Shown: positions 34,272-45,084, numbered from the stretch's first letter. The stretch is DNA of 59,849 nt from a bacterium (GCA_046759165.1 JBHIBS010000002.1:1-59849), one strand, 5' to 3'. Notes: generated by a model not told the origin, from the sequence alone. Program-made: numbers and translations.

Positions 34272-35930
34272 CTATGTTGAAATATCCCTTTTTAGGGTCC
34301 GTTTTACTTTCCGAACGGTTATTCCCCCCTCCCTGACCATAAAAACGGCCAAAATAAGCAGAATTACGCCAATTATGGCCAACAAGTAATTTTCATTTCT
34401 AATGAAGCCACCTATCTGATATATTAGGGCTCCTGTGGTGGTAAGTAGAACAAAAATTCCTGGGTATATTGTATATTTTGTTGGCTTCTTCATTGCCCAG
34501 AGGTAGATGGTAACTACCAGAAGAGCCAATGCTGCTACCAGTTGATTTGAAGCCCCAAAAATTGGCCAGATTGCTTTCCAATTGCCAAATGCTAAGTATC
34601 CCGCGAAGAAAGTAATAACTGCTGTGGAAAAATAACGGTTCTGGAATATTTTCAAGTTCAATCCCTTACCAAATAACTCCTCTGTTAAATAGCGAGTAAT
34701 TCTTGTACCACTATCTAAAGTGGTCATTACAAAAGTTTTCAACATGAATATGGCAACTAATGGACCGAAAGTTGTTCCCAAAAGAGGCGCTGCTATCTGA
34801 CCAAAACCTTTGCCAAAGGTGACAATCCAGTTTCCTCCCTTAATTAATTCTGGATAGACCAATCCTTCTCGTCCAGCTCCTCCTGTCCAATAGAGACCAG
34901 CTGCTACAGCAAGAAGAGCCAGGCTGGCCAGAACCCCTTCCATAAGCATTCCTCCATAGGCAATCTTGTTCGCATCTCTCTCATTTGCCAATTGCTTGGA
35001 TGTTGTTCCGCTGGCAATTAGTGAATGGAATCCTGAAATTGCCCCACAGGCAATGATTACAAATAGCATTGGCCAGAGATTTCCTTGACTGCCAGACCAC
35101 TGAACAAAGGCAGGAGTATGCATCCTGGGATGCGAAAACACAAGTCCCAAATAGCCAAGAATTAGTCCGAAAAATAGGATAAAAGTGGCAAGATAGTCTC
35201 GTGGTTGGAGAAGGATATTTACAGGAGTAATAGAAGCAACAAATGCATATGTTAATAATATAACAATCCAGATTTTTATGCTTTCTTTCACTCCAAAAGA
35301 TATTGGAAAGTAGTAGCCCAGAACTATAAGGCCTCCCAGTAAAGCCAGACCTATGAGCGTTGCAACTCCACGGTTTACCCTCCATTTGTAAATCATCACC
35401 CCGGTAGAGATCGCTACCAGGATCAGACCAAAAGTAGGTATCACTATCCTCGGTTGGTTCACCAGAGTTTTGCTGGCAACCGCGGCAAAGACTGCTACCA
35501 CCAGAATAAGGGTCAGCCACAAGAAAGTAGCAAATATCATTTTTGCACGATGACTCAATGCAGACTCAGCAACATCGCCAATCGACCTCCCTTTATGTCT
35601 TATAGAGCCCACCAAACAGGAAAAGTCGTGAACTCCACCTATAAATATGGAACCTATTACTATCCAGATGAGAGCTGGCACCCATCCCCAGATAGCTACT
35701 GCAATCACCGGTCCAATAATTGGTCCAGCCCCGGCAATGCTAGCAAAATGGTGCCCGAAGAGAATTGTCCAATGCCTTGCCGGTATATAATCTACTCCAT
35801 CCGTCATTTCCACTGCTGGGGTCTTTCTCTGTGGGTTAATGTCCCAAAGCTTCTCCATGATCTTTCCATAAAATTTAAATCCACACCCCAGAAGCAGAAC
35901 CGCAAAAATAGCTACTATTAGAGAGTTCAT
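34272..35930 (-). CDS. cstA: carbon starvation protein A family transporter
   Basis: 552 aa, more than 14 TM, N-terminal ...PARHWTILFGHHFASIAGAGPIIGPV... typical of CstA. Confidence 0.92.
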   Translation of the reverse strand: MNSLIVAIFAVLLLGCGFKFYGKIMEKLWDINPQRKTPAVEMTDGVDYIPARHWTILFGHHFASIAGAGPIIGPVIAVAIWGWVPALIWIVIGSIFIGGVHDFSCLVGSIRHKGRSIGDVAESALSHRAKMIFATFLWLTLILVVAVFAAVASKTLVNQPRIVIPTFGLILVAISTGVMIYKWRVNRGVATLIGLALLGGLIVLGYYFPISFGVKESIKIWIVILLTYAFVASITPVNILLQPRDYLATFILFFGLILGYLGLVFSHPRMHTPAFVQWSGSQGNLWPMLFVIIACGAISGFHSLIASGTTSKQLANERDANKIAYGGMLMEGVLASLALLAVAAGLYWTGGAGREGLVYPELIKGGNWIVTFGKGFGQIAAPLLGTTFGPLVAIFMLKTFVMTTLDSGTRITRYLTEELFGKGLNLKIFQNRYFSTAVITFFAGYLAFGNWKAIWPIFGASNQLVAALALLVVTIYLWAMKKPTKYTIYPGIFVLLTTTGALIYQIGGFIRNENYLLAIIGVILLILAVFMVREGGITVRKVKRTLKRDIST

Positions 35931-36119
35931 TTATATACCATCCAAAATTGGTATATTTATACTAAATTTTTGAACTATTGTCAATTATTTAGATATAACC
36001 CACCAAAGCACCAGAAAACTTTTTGAAGAAGATAGTTTGTGAGGAACATTACAATTTTTAGTGAGGAAGCCATCTGGGCTATATCTCTAAATAAGCAAAA
36101 GCTTGTCCGAGTTCCGACT

Positions 36120-38966
36120 CTAAAAAGCGGGCCCCAGGGAAAAATAGAATTTTCCACTGAATCTATCCGTCCGCCAACCATAATCTAACCTGAGTGTAAA
36201 GGGGAACATCTGGATGAGGAAAGTGTTTATTCTTAACCCTATCCCAATTGTATTTCTTATATCTGAAATTGTCCTTATTTCCTCAGGCTCGTTCCAAGCT
36301 GCTCCTGAGTCGGTGAAAAGAGCAAGTTGCAGGCTTTTCAGATATATCTCCGGCCACAGAAGCCTTACCCTCCAATTTATCTCTGGAAACACCATAAACC
36401 TCCACTCGGCGTTAACCAGGGCCAACCTGCTCCCTGAGAAGGCCCCTTTAGAAAGACCCCGTAACTTCCTCTCTCCCCCTAAAGAGAACTCTTCTCTATC
36501 TCTTCCCTGGCTCAGCGTTCCCAGAAATCGAAATGCTAAGATATTGCGTTCAGATAATTTGAAATATTTCCTCGTATCGAGGATATAGTTTGTATAGTCA
36601 AAGTCTCCACCAAGCCCTTTAAAGGCTTGATAGACCGTGAAATTGGTCCGGCTACCGCTCATTATGTCAAGGATCTTTCCCGCGGTCGTATCCCTTATTA
36701 AAGAAAGAGCAACACCATTCTCTCGGCTACTGGTAGTATCTCCATTCCACTCTCGCTTCTTTTCGGTAATAAGTCCTAACTCTATTCTCCGAAAACGGTC
36801 GAAAGGATAACCAACTACCATTTCTTCGCCAAATTTAGTGGTATGGACCGTACTGTTATCACCGTTCTCAGATTTGCGTCTCATCTTTCCATAAGCGAAA
36901 AAGCCTAAAGTTGGCCGCCACCTTTGATAAATATAACCTATTCCATAGTTCAACCAGTCATATGTGGAAGCATACTCTGCCTGAACGGTTACCCTGTGGT
37001 TTCCCAGCATATCGCTTGCCTGCCAGTATCCAGCTGTATACAAACCCTCTGTTGTGGAATAGAACAGGAAAGGAAAGATGAGATCTGTCGATGCCTTGAA
37101 TCTATAGGGATGAATCCTAGTGACCGGAGAGGGATAGGGGTTTATTATGGGTCCAGCTGGCTTGTAAGGCCATTGGGCTACGGATATTTCCTTTTTCTCT
37201 TCTCTTCCCCTCAATCTTTTTAGAAACACCTGCTCTTGGGGAAATTCTCCACGGTGAATATTCATCTCTTCATACCGATAAGAAGCGAAAAGTAGATGCC
37301 TTCCATCTGGAGAAATCTCTGGAGTAAATACTCCTACTTTGACATCGGTTAATTGGAAAATGTCTAATTCCAGATTATCTTCCTGGACATCTTCTCCAAG
37401 ACAGCTCACGTCCATGCGATAAATGTTGTAAATCCCTGCATAATCACCAATGTAGATGATACTATCACCATCGGGTGACCAGGAAGGATCAATCTCATCA
37501 CTGGGGGTGGAAGTCAATCGCGTAGTCTCAAGAGTTTCCAGATCCAAAAGGAAGAGGTCTTTCTGCTTCTCTCTTTCAGAAACATAGGCAATCTTTTTAT
37601 CATCAGGAGAAAAGACAGGATAATCTTCATCGGACTCATCACTCGTTAACTTTACCAGGTTCTTCCCATTGGCGTCCACTAAGTAGAGGTCGTTTATACC
37701 CCCTCCCATCCCCACAAAAACGATCCTATCCCCTTTATGCGAAAAGCAGGGGGACCTTAGAACTTCCAGCGGCAGACGAAGCCTGTTCAGCTTATGTTTT
37801 CTGAGATTAATTATGTAAAGATAATTCTTTTCTTTTTTCTCTCCCACAAAAGCAATTTTTTCTCCATCCGGGGACCAGGAAAGGGCATGTCCTTCAGAGT
37901 GGATTACATCCAGACTTCTACCAATACGACAATGGAGAATCGATTTTTGACTTGTTCCATCAGCATTCATCACAAACAGGTCATTGTAACCATTGCGGTC
38001 GGAAATAAAAGCTATTTTCTTCCCATCGGGAGAGAAGACTGGATTGGTATTAAATTCGGCATCTTCTGTAAGTTTCTCCCCGTAAATTTCAGCTTCCTCC
38101 TTTCGTTCTGCTTCTCTGGTGTATTTTTCCTTTATATATTTTTGCCATTTTTTGTCAAAGCTATATAAGTGAGTACCAATCGTCCGCGCAAAAACCCTGC
38201 TTACATCTAGACTCTCCCGCAAATTTTTTATTAATTTAGGAACTTTATCTTCCCCGTACTCTCCTGCTAAAAAACTAATTGCACTGTGTCCTTCCTTATA
38301 TGCTAAATAGACCTGGTGACTTTTCAAATGATTGAAACTATGTAACTTACCCAGGGGAATTAGCATGTTGGAAATAGCAGCATCCCTTAAAAACATATGG
38401 TCATAAGCTTCCCATTCTTTGCTTTCATACTCTGCCAGCCCTTCGGTTATCCACAAGGGATAGAAGACAAATCTCATCAGACTAGCCGATTTCCAGAGTC
38501 CACCATACCAGATATTGAAATTTGCAATATGGGTGAACTCATGAGTAATCACATGCTCCAATTCTTTATCTGAACCTGTCACAGGAATGACAAATCTGTT
38601 CTTGTAGGGCTCAGAGAAACCGCCTACACCTTCTCCGATATTCGCAATGTTATTCTGCTCAAAGTGGTTATGGGTCAAGTATAAGAAGAAAGGCATTTTC
38701 TCCTCTATGCTAAAATCTAAGTCACTTGTAACCTTTTCGTAAGCTTTTTCCAAGAGCTTACTTACTTTGGGAATCAGATGGCTCTCCTCAGGATAATGGT
38801 AGATTTCGAAATGTTCGGTCTCTGCAATATACCAGGCGTGTTGATTAACGATTACCTTATTCTTACCAAAGGAGACTTCCGAATAGGATAGAGAATTCCC
38901 CAGATACAGGAGGGAAAACGAAAGGCAAACAAAAAAAGGAAGTTTTTTTTCCAAGTTATTTTTCAT
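36120..38966 (-). CDS. peptidase-MA-like / TolB-type beta-propeller / Omp85 (surface antigen D15) barrel fusion protein
   Basis: Signal peptide; HEFTH zinc motif plus WITEGLAEYE; six PD40-like repeats (FSPDGKKIAF..., WSPDGEKIAF..., FSPDDKKIAY...); C-terminal LGGERKLRGL...NAEWRF...LRLDYGW ending in F. Start taken at the internal ATG 38966. Confidence 0.88.
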   Translation of the reverse strand: MKNNLEKKLPFFVCLSFSLLYLGNSLSYSEVSFGKNKVIVNQHAWYIAETEHFEIYHYPEESHLIPKVSKLLEKAYEKVTSDLDFSIEEKMPFFLYLTHNHFEQNNIANIGEGVGGFSEPYKNRFVIPVTGSDKELEHVITHEFTHIANFNIWYGGLWKSASLMRFVFYPLWITEGLAEYESKEWEAYDHMFLRDAAISNMLIPLGKLHSFNHLKSHQVYLAYKEGHSAISFLAGEYGEDKVPKLIKNLRESLDVSRVFARTIGTHLYSFDKKWQKYIKEKYTREAERKEEAEIYGEKLTEDAEFNTNPVFSPDGKKIAFISDRNGYNDLFVMNADGTSQKSILHCRIGRSLDVIHSEGHALSWSPDGEKIAFVGEKKEKNYLYIINLRKHKLNRLRLPLEVLRSPCFSHKGDRIVFVGMGGGINDLYLVDANGKNLVKLTSDESDEDYPVFSPDDKKIAYVSEREKQKDLFLLDLETLETTRLTSTPSDEIDPSWSPDGDSIIYIGDYAGIYNIYRMDVSCLGEDVQEDNLELDIFQLTDVKVGVFTPEISPDGRHLLFASYRYEEMNIHRGEFPQEQVFLKRLRGREEKKEISVAQWPYKPAGPIINPYPSPVTRIHPYRFKASTDLIFPFLFYSTTEGLYTAGYWQASDMLGNHRVTVQAEYASTYDWLNYGIGYIYQRWRPTLGFFAYGKMRRKSENGDNSTVHTTKFGEEMVVGYPFDRFRRIELGLITEKKREWNGDTTSSRENGVALSLIRDTTAGKILDIMSGSRTNFTVYQAFKGLGGDFDYTNYILDTRKYFKLSERNILAFRFLGTLSQGRDREEFSLGGERKLRGLSKGAFSGSRLALVNAEWRFMVFPEINWRVRLLWPEIYLKSLQLALFTDSGAAWNEPEEIRTISDIRNTIGIGLRINTFLIQMFPFTLRLDYGWRTDRFSGKFYFSLGPAF

Positions 38967-40683
38967 TTTCTGGATTGTCCAATTTCTCACTGATTATTTC
39001 GCCCAGAGTGGCTTCCGGAATTTCCTGTTCAATATACTTTTCCATCTCAACTCTTTCCTGTGTCTTGATATACTCCTTAATGCTCAAATTGATTATCATC
39101 TGCCGGGGATCGGCTTTGGTAATCTTTGCCCAAACCTTATCCCCTACCTTCAGAACATCCCTTATATCTTTGACTCGTCTCTTAGCAACCTGCGAAATAT
39201 GAATCAGTCCTTCAATGCCCGGTTCCAATTCCACAAAAGCTCCAAAATTGGTGAGATGGACAACTTTCCCCTGAACATTGCTCCCCACTAAATACTTATC
39301 ATATGGGTTCTTCGATTTCTGTTTCAATCCCAGAGATATTTTTTCAGCCTCAACATTTATATCGAGGACTACTGCTTCGACTCGATCGCCCTCTTTGAGC
39401 ACCTGTCCAGGGTGTTTCAGTCTCATTGTCCAGGAAATATCTGAAACATGAATCATCCCCTCGATTCCCTCTTCTAATCTGACAAAAGCACCAAAAGGCG
39501 CTAGATGCGTAACAGTTCCGGTGAGTCTTGTCCCGGGTGGGTACTTCTCTTTTGCCTGAGCCCAGGGATTAGCCTGTACCTGTTTCAGTCCAAGAGATAA
39601 TCTCCTATTTTCTTCATCTATATTGAGTACTCTAACTTTGACCATGTCTCCTGCCTTCAGCACTTCACAGGGATGCTTTATTTTCCCCGTCCAGGACATC
39701 TCGGAGACGTGAATCAATCCTTCTATCCCGGGTTCCAGTTCAACAAAGGCACCGTAAGGAAGAATCCCTGTTACTTTTCCAGTAGGAGTTGAATCAACAG
39801 CGTATTTCTCTCCAATATTTTCCCAGGGATGGGGCTCTAACTGTTTCAATCCCAATGAAATCTGCTCTTTCTCCTGGTTAAAAGAGAGAACTTTGACGTC
39901 CAACTGTTCGCCAACCTTCAGAGCATCTTCTACCTTCTCCAGGCGCCCCCAAGTTATGTCGCCTATGTGGAGGAGTCCGTCTATTCCGCCCAGGTCAATG
40001 AATGCACCAAACTTCGTGATATTCTTTACAGTACCCTTTAATACATCTCCTACATTTATTCTGTTCAAGAGTTCTTCCCTCTTTTTCTTTACTTCATCCT
40101 CAATTACTAATCTCCAAGAGACAACGATATTCTTCTTCGCTTTGAATTCGATTATTCTTAGAGGCACAACTTGGCCAATAATGCTGTCAAGGTCCTTTAC
40201 CGGAGGATAACCAACTTGAGAGGCAGGCATGAATGCCTCAGCAAGACCTTTCCCCTCTTTCGGAATGGAAACGGGCCCTCCCAGATCCACCCTCATACCC
40301 CCCTTAACCTTCTTAACTATTTTACCCGGTATTTCCTTCTGTGTGGTGTAAGCATCGCGAATTCTATCCCAGGTCTTTACCATTTCGGCCTTCTTAAAGG
40401 AGATGACAGGTCGTCCGAAGGCATCTCCTCTCTTTTCCAGAAAGACTTCAAGTTCATCGCCGACTTTTACCTTTAATTTCCCAGAAGGATCAGTTACTTC
40501 CCCCTTCTTAAGAACTCCCTCAGTCTTCAATCCCACATCAACCAATACAGTTTCACCCTTTATCTGGACAACCTTTCCAGTAACGACATTCCCTTCCCTG
40601 ATTTTGTCAAGGTTGTTTAATAACTCCTTCATTTTAGAGTTAGATTTAGAATTATGGGAATTTTTATCTTTTTGTGTAGCCAT
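38956..40683 (-). CDS. rpsA: 30S ribosomal protein S1
   Basis: Six S1 OB-fold repeats (G.V..I..FGAFV.L..GIEGL.H.S). Confidence 0.93.
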   Translation of the reverse strand: MATQKDKNSHNSKSNSKMKELLNNLDKIREGNVVTGKVVQIKGETVLVDVGLKTEGVLKKGEVTDPSGKLKVKVGDELEVFLEKRGDAFGRPVISFKKAEMVKTWDRIRDAYTTQKEIPGKIVKKVKGGMRVDLGGPVSIPKEGKGLAEAFMPASQVGYPPVKDLDSIIGQVVPLRIIEFKAKKNIVVSWRLVIEDEVKKKREELLNRINVGDVLKGTVKNITKFGAFIDLGGIDGLLHIGDITWGRLEKVEDALKVGEQLDVKVLSFNQEKEQISLGLKQLEPHPWENIGEKYAVDSTPTGKVTGILPYGAFVELEPGIEGLIHVSEMSWTGKIKHPCEVLKAGDMVKVRVLNIDEENRRLSLGLKQVQANPWAQAKEKYPPGTRLTGTVTHLAPFGAFVRLEEGIEGMIHVSDISWTMRLKHPGQVLKEGDRVEAVVLDINVEAEKISLGLKQKSKNPYDKYLVGSNVQGKVVHLTNFGAFVELEPGIEGLIHISQVAKRRVKDIRDVLKVGDKVWAKITKADPRQMIINLSIKEYIKTQERVEMEKYIEQEIPEATLGEIISEKLDNPENEK

Positions 40684-41561
40684 TATCTGGGTTTAGTTTT
40701 GCGCAGACTCTTAGCTACGCTTCTAATTATCCAATCGGGAGTGGAAGTGCCTGCAGTTATTCCTACCACTCCTCTTTTGCTAAACCAATCGGGTCTCAAT
40801 TCCTCTGGCGATTCCACATGGTGAGCACGGGTAACCTTGTTACAGATGTTGTAAAGTCTGGTAGTATTGGCACTATTTTTACCGCCAATCACAATCATGA
40901 GATCCGACTTTTCGGCCAATCCTTTCGCCTCCCTCTGACGCTGAGAAGTCTCTTTGCAAATAGTGTTGTAAGTTTTGGATCCTTTGCTCTTTATCTTTAA
41001 TCTCCTCACAATCTTGTCGAAGTTTTCCACCGATTGTGTAGTCTGGCTGATGATTCCTATTCTCTTGCTTGTCTTGATCTTTTCCGCATCTCTAGGAATC
41101 TCCACCACAGAGGCTTTGCCGTTGGCAAAGGAAAGCAAGGAAATTACTTCGGGATGAGACTTCTGTCCAACTATTATTACATGGTAACCTTTCTCATGTA
41201 AGCCTTTTGCCAATAATTGAGCCCGTTTAACGAATGGACAGGTGGCATCTATCAACTTAACTTGCATTTTGTCTATTTTGTTCAAGATAGATTGAGGTAA
41301 CCCATGAGAGGGTACAATGAGAGTTCCTGTCTTAATTTGGCTTAGACTTGAGATGGTTTTTACTCCCAGCCTTTCAAGGCGCTTGACTTCCTGAGGATTG
41401 TGAATTAATGGCCCTAGGGTATAGACCTGTTTAGCGACATTCCTGTTCTTATTATGTCTGGTTAGTATACTTTGAGCCAAAGAGATAGACCTCCTGACTC
41501 CCGAACAAAACCCCAGTTTCTTAGCAAAAACAAGTCGCATTTCCTTAATTTCCAATTTCAT
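40683..41561 (-). CDS. ispH: 4-hydroxy-3-methylbut-2-enyl diphosphate reductase
   Basis: FCSGVRR, IHNP, ATCPFV, SHPE and SANT motifs. Adjacent to rpsA, as in many bacteria. Confidence 0.92.
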   Translation of the reverse strand: MKLEIKEMRLVFAKKLGFCSGVRRSISLAQSILTRHNKNRNVAKQVYTLGPLIHNPQEVKRLERLGVKTISSLSQIKTGTLIVPSHGLPQSILNKIDKMQVKLIDATCPFVKRAQLLAKGLHEKGYHVIIVGQKSHPEVISLLSFANGKASVVEIPRDAEKIKTSKRIGIISQTTQSVENFDKIVRRLKIKSKGSKTYNTICKETSQRQREAKGLAEKSDLMIVIGGKNSANTTRLYNICNKVTRAHHVESPEELRPDWFSKRGVVGITAGTSTPDWIIRSVAKSLRKTKPR

Positions 41562-42166
41562 ATTTCATATTGGTATTGCCCTTCTCGGTCTAGCTTTATT
41601 ATTCCCTCCATTACTTGGCGGGCGAAATTGCGGTAGCGAGATTTTTCACCTTCCCCTCTTTGGGCAGTTTCAAAATATATAGCTGATCCAAAGCGAACAG
41701 TTACTTTGGGAAAAGCCCTTATCCTGTGACTGTTCACAATCAAGGTCGGAACGACAGGGAATTTGGTTTTGTGCGCTAGCCAGGCAATCCCGGGTTGAGG
41801 AGGTTTCAGGCGCCCTTCCTTTCCCCGACCACCTTCAGGGAAGACCACCAGAGTCTTCCCCCCATTCAAAAGTCTAAGTGCCTTTCTGGAGGCAGCTATA
41901 TCTTGCTTCGCCCTATCCACAGGAAAAGCATGTATCATCTGGAGGATTATTCCGAAAATCGGGAACGTGAAGAGTTCTCTTTTCGCCATATAGTACACTC
42001 CGTATCGACTAATTGCTGCACCAACCAAAGGAGGATCCCAATAACTGACATGATTGGGAGCAATTATAGTTCCTCCTTTGACAAGATTTCTCTTTCCTTC
42101 AACTCGAAAACGGAAAAGAAATTTGGCTGTCAGCCAAACCAGACAATAACCGAAAACATACAGCAT
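41558..42166 (-). CDS. plsC: 1-acyl-sn-glycerol-3-phosphate acyltransferase
   Basis: NHVSYWDP (HX4D) and FPEGGR motifs. Confidence 0.88.
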   Translation of the reverse strand: MLYVFGYCLVWLTAKFLFRFRVEGKRNLVKGGTIIAPNHVSYWDPPLVGAAISRYGVYYMAKRELFTFPIFGIILQMIHAFPVDRAKQDIAASRKALRLLNGGKTLVVFPEGGRGKEGRLKPPQPGIAWLAHKTKFPVVPTLIVNSHRIRAFPKVTVRFGSAIYFETAQRGEGEKSRYRNFARQVMEGIIKLDREGQYQYEI

Positions 42167-42175
42167 GGAAAAGCC

Positions 42176-42847
42176 TTACTTCTTTTGGATTCTTTTGAGA
42201 ATAAATTCCACAACCTCTTTCTTACTCATATGCGTAGAGTCTATGACTACAGCATCAGGAGCTATCTTCAAGGGAGCCACTCCTCTGGCGCGGTCTCGCC
42301 TATCTCGAAAGCGAATCGCCTTTTCCAGTTCAGCCAGTTCCACTTCCTCCCCTTTCGCTTTCAGTTCTCGATACCTCCTCAAAGCCCTCTGTTTAACGGA
42401 TGCATCCATGTAGAACTTATAATCGGCCTTGGGAAAGACTACGGTGCCTATATCCCTGCCTTCCACTACAATTCTCCCCGAAGAACCGAGTCTCCTCTGA
42501 ATTTTCACGAGCTGCTCCCGTACTTCAGGGATTGTGCCTAAGATGCTGGCACCCTCTGCCAATCTTTTACTTCTTATCTTATTAGTGACATCTCTTCCGT
42601 CTAAATAGACCCTCACCATTCCAGCTCTGTTCTTTAACTCGATCTTGGTATGTCTTACCATGTTAATTAAGTTCTCTTTAGCTTTTAAATCTATCTCTTC
42701 TCTAAATGCCTTCCAGGTGATTGCTCTATACATGGCACCCGTATCAATATAATTATAACCCAGCTTTCTACTGACAATTTTGGCAATTGAGGTTTTTCCT
42801 GCCCCTGCAGGTCCATCGATAGTAATGACGGCTCTCTTCTTCACCAA
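42176..42847 (-). CDS. cmk: cytidylate kinase
   Basis: ITIDGPAGAGKTS P-loop and DTGAMYR. Confidence 0.93.
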   Translation of the reverse strand: MVKKRAVITIDGPAGAGKTSIAKIVSRKLGYNYIDTGAMYRAITWKAFREEIDLKAKENLINMVRHTKIELKNRAGMVRVYLDGRDVTNKIRSKRLAEGASILGTIPEVREQLVKIQRRLGSSGRIVVEGRDIGTVVFPKADYKFYMDASVKQRALRRYRELKAKGEEVELAELEKAIRFRDRRDRARGVAPLKIAPDAVVIDSTHMSKKEVVEFILKRIQKK

Positions 42848-42860
42848 ATTTCCACCATGT

Positions 42861-44147
42861 CTATTCTACCATTTTATCCAGAGTATCCATAAATTGAGGG
42901 AAGGAGGTATCAATACAGGCAACATCGTTTATAATAGTTTCACCATCAGCGATCAGCCCGGCAACGGTTAGTGCCATGGCCATACGGTGGTCACCAAAAC
43001 TATTAACCGAAGTACCTACCAACCTCTTCCCTCCGGAAATTACCATCCCGTCTTTCTTCTCCTTTATCGTGCCCCCCATTTTAGAAAGTTCGGAAACCAG
43101 ATTGCCTATGCGATCACTCTCCTTTACTCTCAATTCCTGAGCGTCACTGATTTCAGTTACACCTTGAGCTTGAGTTGCAGCCACAGCCAAGACAGGTATC
43201 TCATCTATGATTCTGGGGATCAACTCCCCTGTTATTTTAGTAGCTCTTAGACTGCTACTTTTGACAATAAGCTCGGCTACTGGCTCGTCACTTAGCTGCT
43301 GGACATTCTCAATTACAATGTCGGCTCCCATCTTTTTAAGGACATCTATAATGCCAGTCCGCCTGGGATTGATTCCAACTCCTTTTATTCTGATTTCGGA
43401 ATTCCTTAAAAGAAGGCAAACAATGATAAAGAACGCTGCTGAAGAGATATCCCCGGGAATGGTAATCGGTCTTGCCTCTAATTCCCAGAGTCCTTCAATG
43501 GATATAGTCGTTCCTTTGACCTGTACAGGAGCACCTAAATATCTTAACATCCGTTCCGTATGGTCCCTCGATTGTGAAGGTTCGGTAAGGCTCGTCCTTC
43601 CCCTGGCATATAGTCCAGCCAGAAGAATACAGGATTTTACCTGGGCACTAGCAACAGGAGAAAGGTAATCGATCGGATGTAGCTTTTGTCCCACAATGGT
43701 TATTGGTGGATGGTTATCGTCAGGGCTACTTATCTTTGCCCCCATCTCCCTCAGGGGAAGGATAATTCTTCTCATAGGTCTCCTCTGGAGATACTCATCA
43801 CCAGTAATCGTGGAAGAGAAGTCCTGTCCAGCAAGAATTCCGCTGAGCAGTCTCATGGTAGTTGCCGAATTGCCAACATCTATAATCTGCCTGGCACAAG
43901 TCAATCCCTTCAATCCTTGCCCATGAATAGTCAATTCTCCCTCAGAGTGGTCTTCTATTTTTATTCCCAGTTTTAGGAAAGCGTTCAATGTGTTTCGGCA
44001 ATCAGCACAATCTGAAAATCCCTTGACTCTAGTTTCCCCCTGGGCGATACTACCCAACATAACAACCCGGTGAGAAATAGATTTATCCCCTGGGACAGAA
44101 ATCTCTCCCCTGATCCTCGTCTTTTTCTGCACTGCCAGATTTTTCAT
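42861..44147 (-). CDS. aroA: 3-phosphoshikimate 1-carboxyvinyltransferase
   Basis: PGDKSISHR, GNSATTMRLL and KESDR motifs. Confidence 0.93.
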   Translation of the reverse strand: MKNLAVQKKTRIRGEISVPGDKSISHRVVMLGSIAQGETRVKGFSDCADCRNTLNAFLKLGIKIEDHSEGELTIHGQGLKGLTCARQIIDVGNSATTMRLLSGILAGQDFSSTITGDEYLQRRPMRRIILPLREMGAKISSPDDNHPPITIVGQKLHPIDYLSPVASAQVKSCILLAGLYARGRTSLTEPSQSRDHTERMLRYLGAPVQVKGTTISIEGLWELEARPITIPGDISSAAFFIIVCLLLRNSEIRIKGVGINPRRTGIIDVLKKMGADIVIENVQQLSDEPVAELIVKSSSLRATKITGELIPRIIDEIPVLAVAATQAQGVTEISDAQELRVKESDRIGNLVSELSKMGGTIKEKKDGMVISGGKRLVGTSVNSFGDHRMAMALTVAGLIADGETIINDVACIDTSFPQFMDTLDKMVE

Positions 44148-45040
44148 ATTTCCGACCTGATTAATTTCCTCCGGGCAAGCCTACCTTTTTGAAATATATC
44201 TGCAAGTTCCTTCTTTTTTCTCTTTTCAATTGACCTTTTGAATTTTTCCAGATATTTTACCGTCACCTTGATACTTTCTGAAATTGCCTTGCTATTAGAT
44301 AGACAAATGTCTGTCCACATTTCAGGATTGCTGGCTGCAATTCTGGTCATATCCGAGATGCTTCCAGCAATGATTTTCCTCGCTCGAGGATGTTCCTTAC
44401 GAACCTTGCCCATCAGATTAGCCAATGAGGTGGCTAGGACATGGGGTAAGTGGCTTGTATAAGCTACAAGATAGTCATGTTCCTCCGGCTCAAGCAAAAG
44501 GATTCTCGCTCCAATATGATTCCAAAGGTCTCCAACTACCTTTACCGCTCTACGACTATGCCTACTTACCGGAGTCAGAATGCAAGTTGTGCCTGAGAAG
44601 ATATCGGCTCTAGCACTTCTGACACCTTCCTTCTCTGAGCCCGCCATCGGGTGGCCACCAATGAAAGACACCTTTTGCCTTCTTCCCTTGCCAGAAGATT
44701 TTGAGAGAATCTCCTGAACCTTCTTAACTACCCATCCCTTTGTACTCCCTACATCAGTTATAATACAGCCATCTTTTAAATGGGGTAATATCCTCTTAAC
44801 GATGGGAGGAATTCTGCTCACAGGCGTGGCAATCATAACTATGTTTGAATCCTTAACTCCTCGTCCCAAGTCCATAGTGTACCTATCGATAGCGCCCAGT
44901 CTTTTCGCCTCTTTTAACTTATGGATATGGCGACCGATCCCTACCACTTGCCCAACGAGTCTCTTCTTTCTTAAAGCCAAACCGAAAGAACCCCCAATCA
45001 AGCCCACACCAATTATACTCACCACTCCTATTCTCTCCAT
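44144..45040 (-). CDS. tyrA: prephenate dehydrogenase
   Basis: IIGVGLIGGSFG Rossmann motif and GGHPMAG. Start set to ATG 45040, because the longer ORF overlaps the aroF 3' end. Confidence 0.88.
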   Translation of the reverse strand: MERIGVVSIIGVGLIGGSFGLALRKKRLVGQVVGIGRHIHKLKEAKRLGAIDRYTMDLGRGVKDSNIVMIATPVSRIPPIVKRILPHLKDGCIITDVGSTKGWVVKKVQEILSKSSGKGRRQKVSFIGGHPMAGSEKEGVRSARADIFSGTTCILTPVSRHSRRAVKVVGDLWNHIGARILLLEPEEHDYLVAYTSHLPHVLATSLANLMGKVRKEHPRARKIIAGSISDMTRIAASNPEMWTDICLSNSKAISESIKVTVKYLEKFKRSIEKRKKKELADIFQKGRLARRKLIRSEI

Positions 45041-45084
45041 TTTTTCCTTTCCCACTTTGAAGCAGCGCTCCGCTCTGCCACTCC

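Noticed and set aside
41795-42541. Long antisense ORFs inside well-supported genes (for example 41795-42541, 34981-35921, 12308-12856, 2639-3142, 43207-43668, 47261-47782).
   Set aside because: Each lies opposite a gene with clear family motifs. They have biased Ser/Pro/Arg/Leu composition and no SD.
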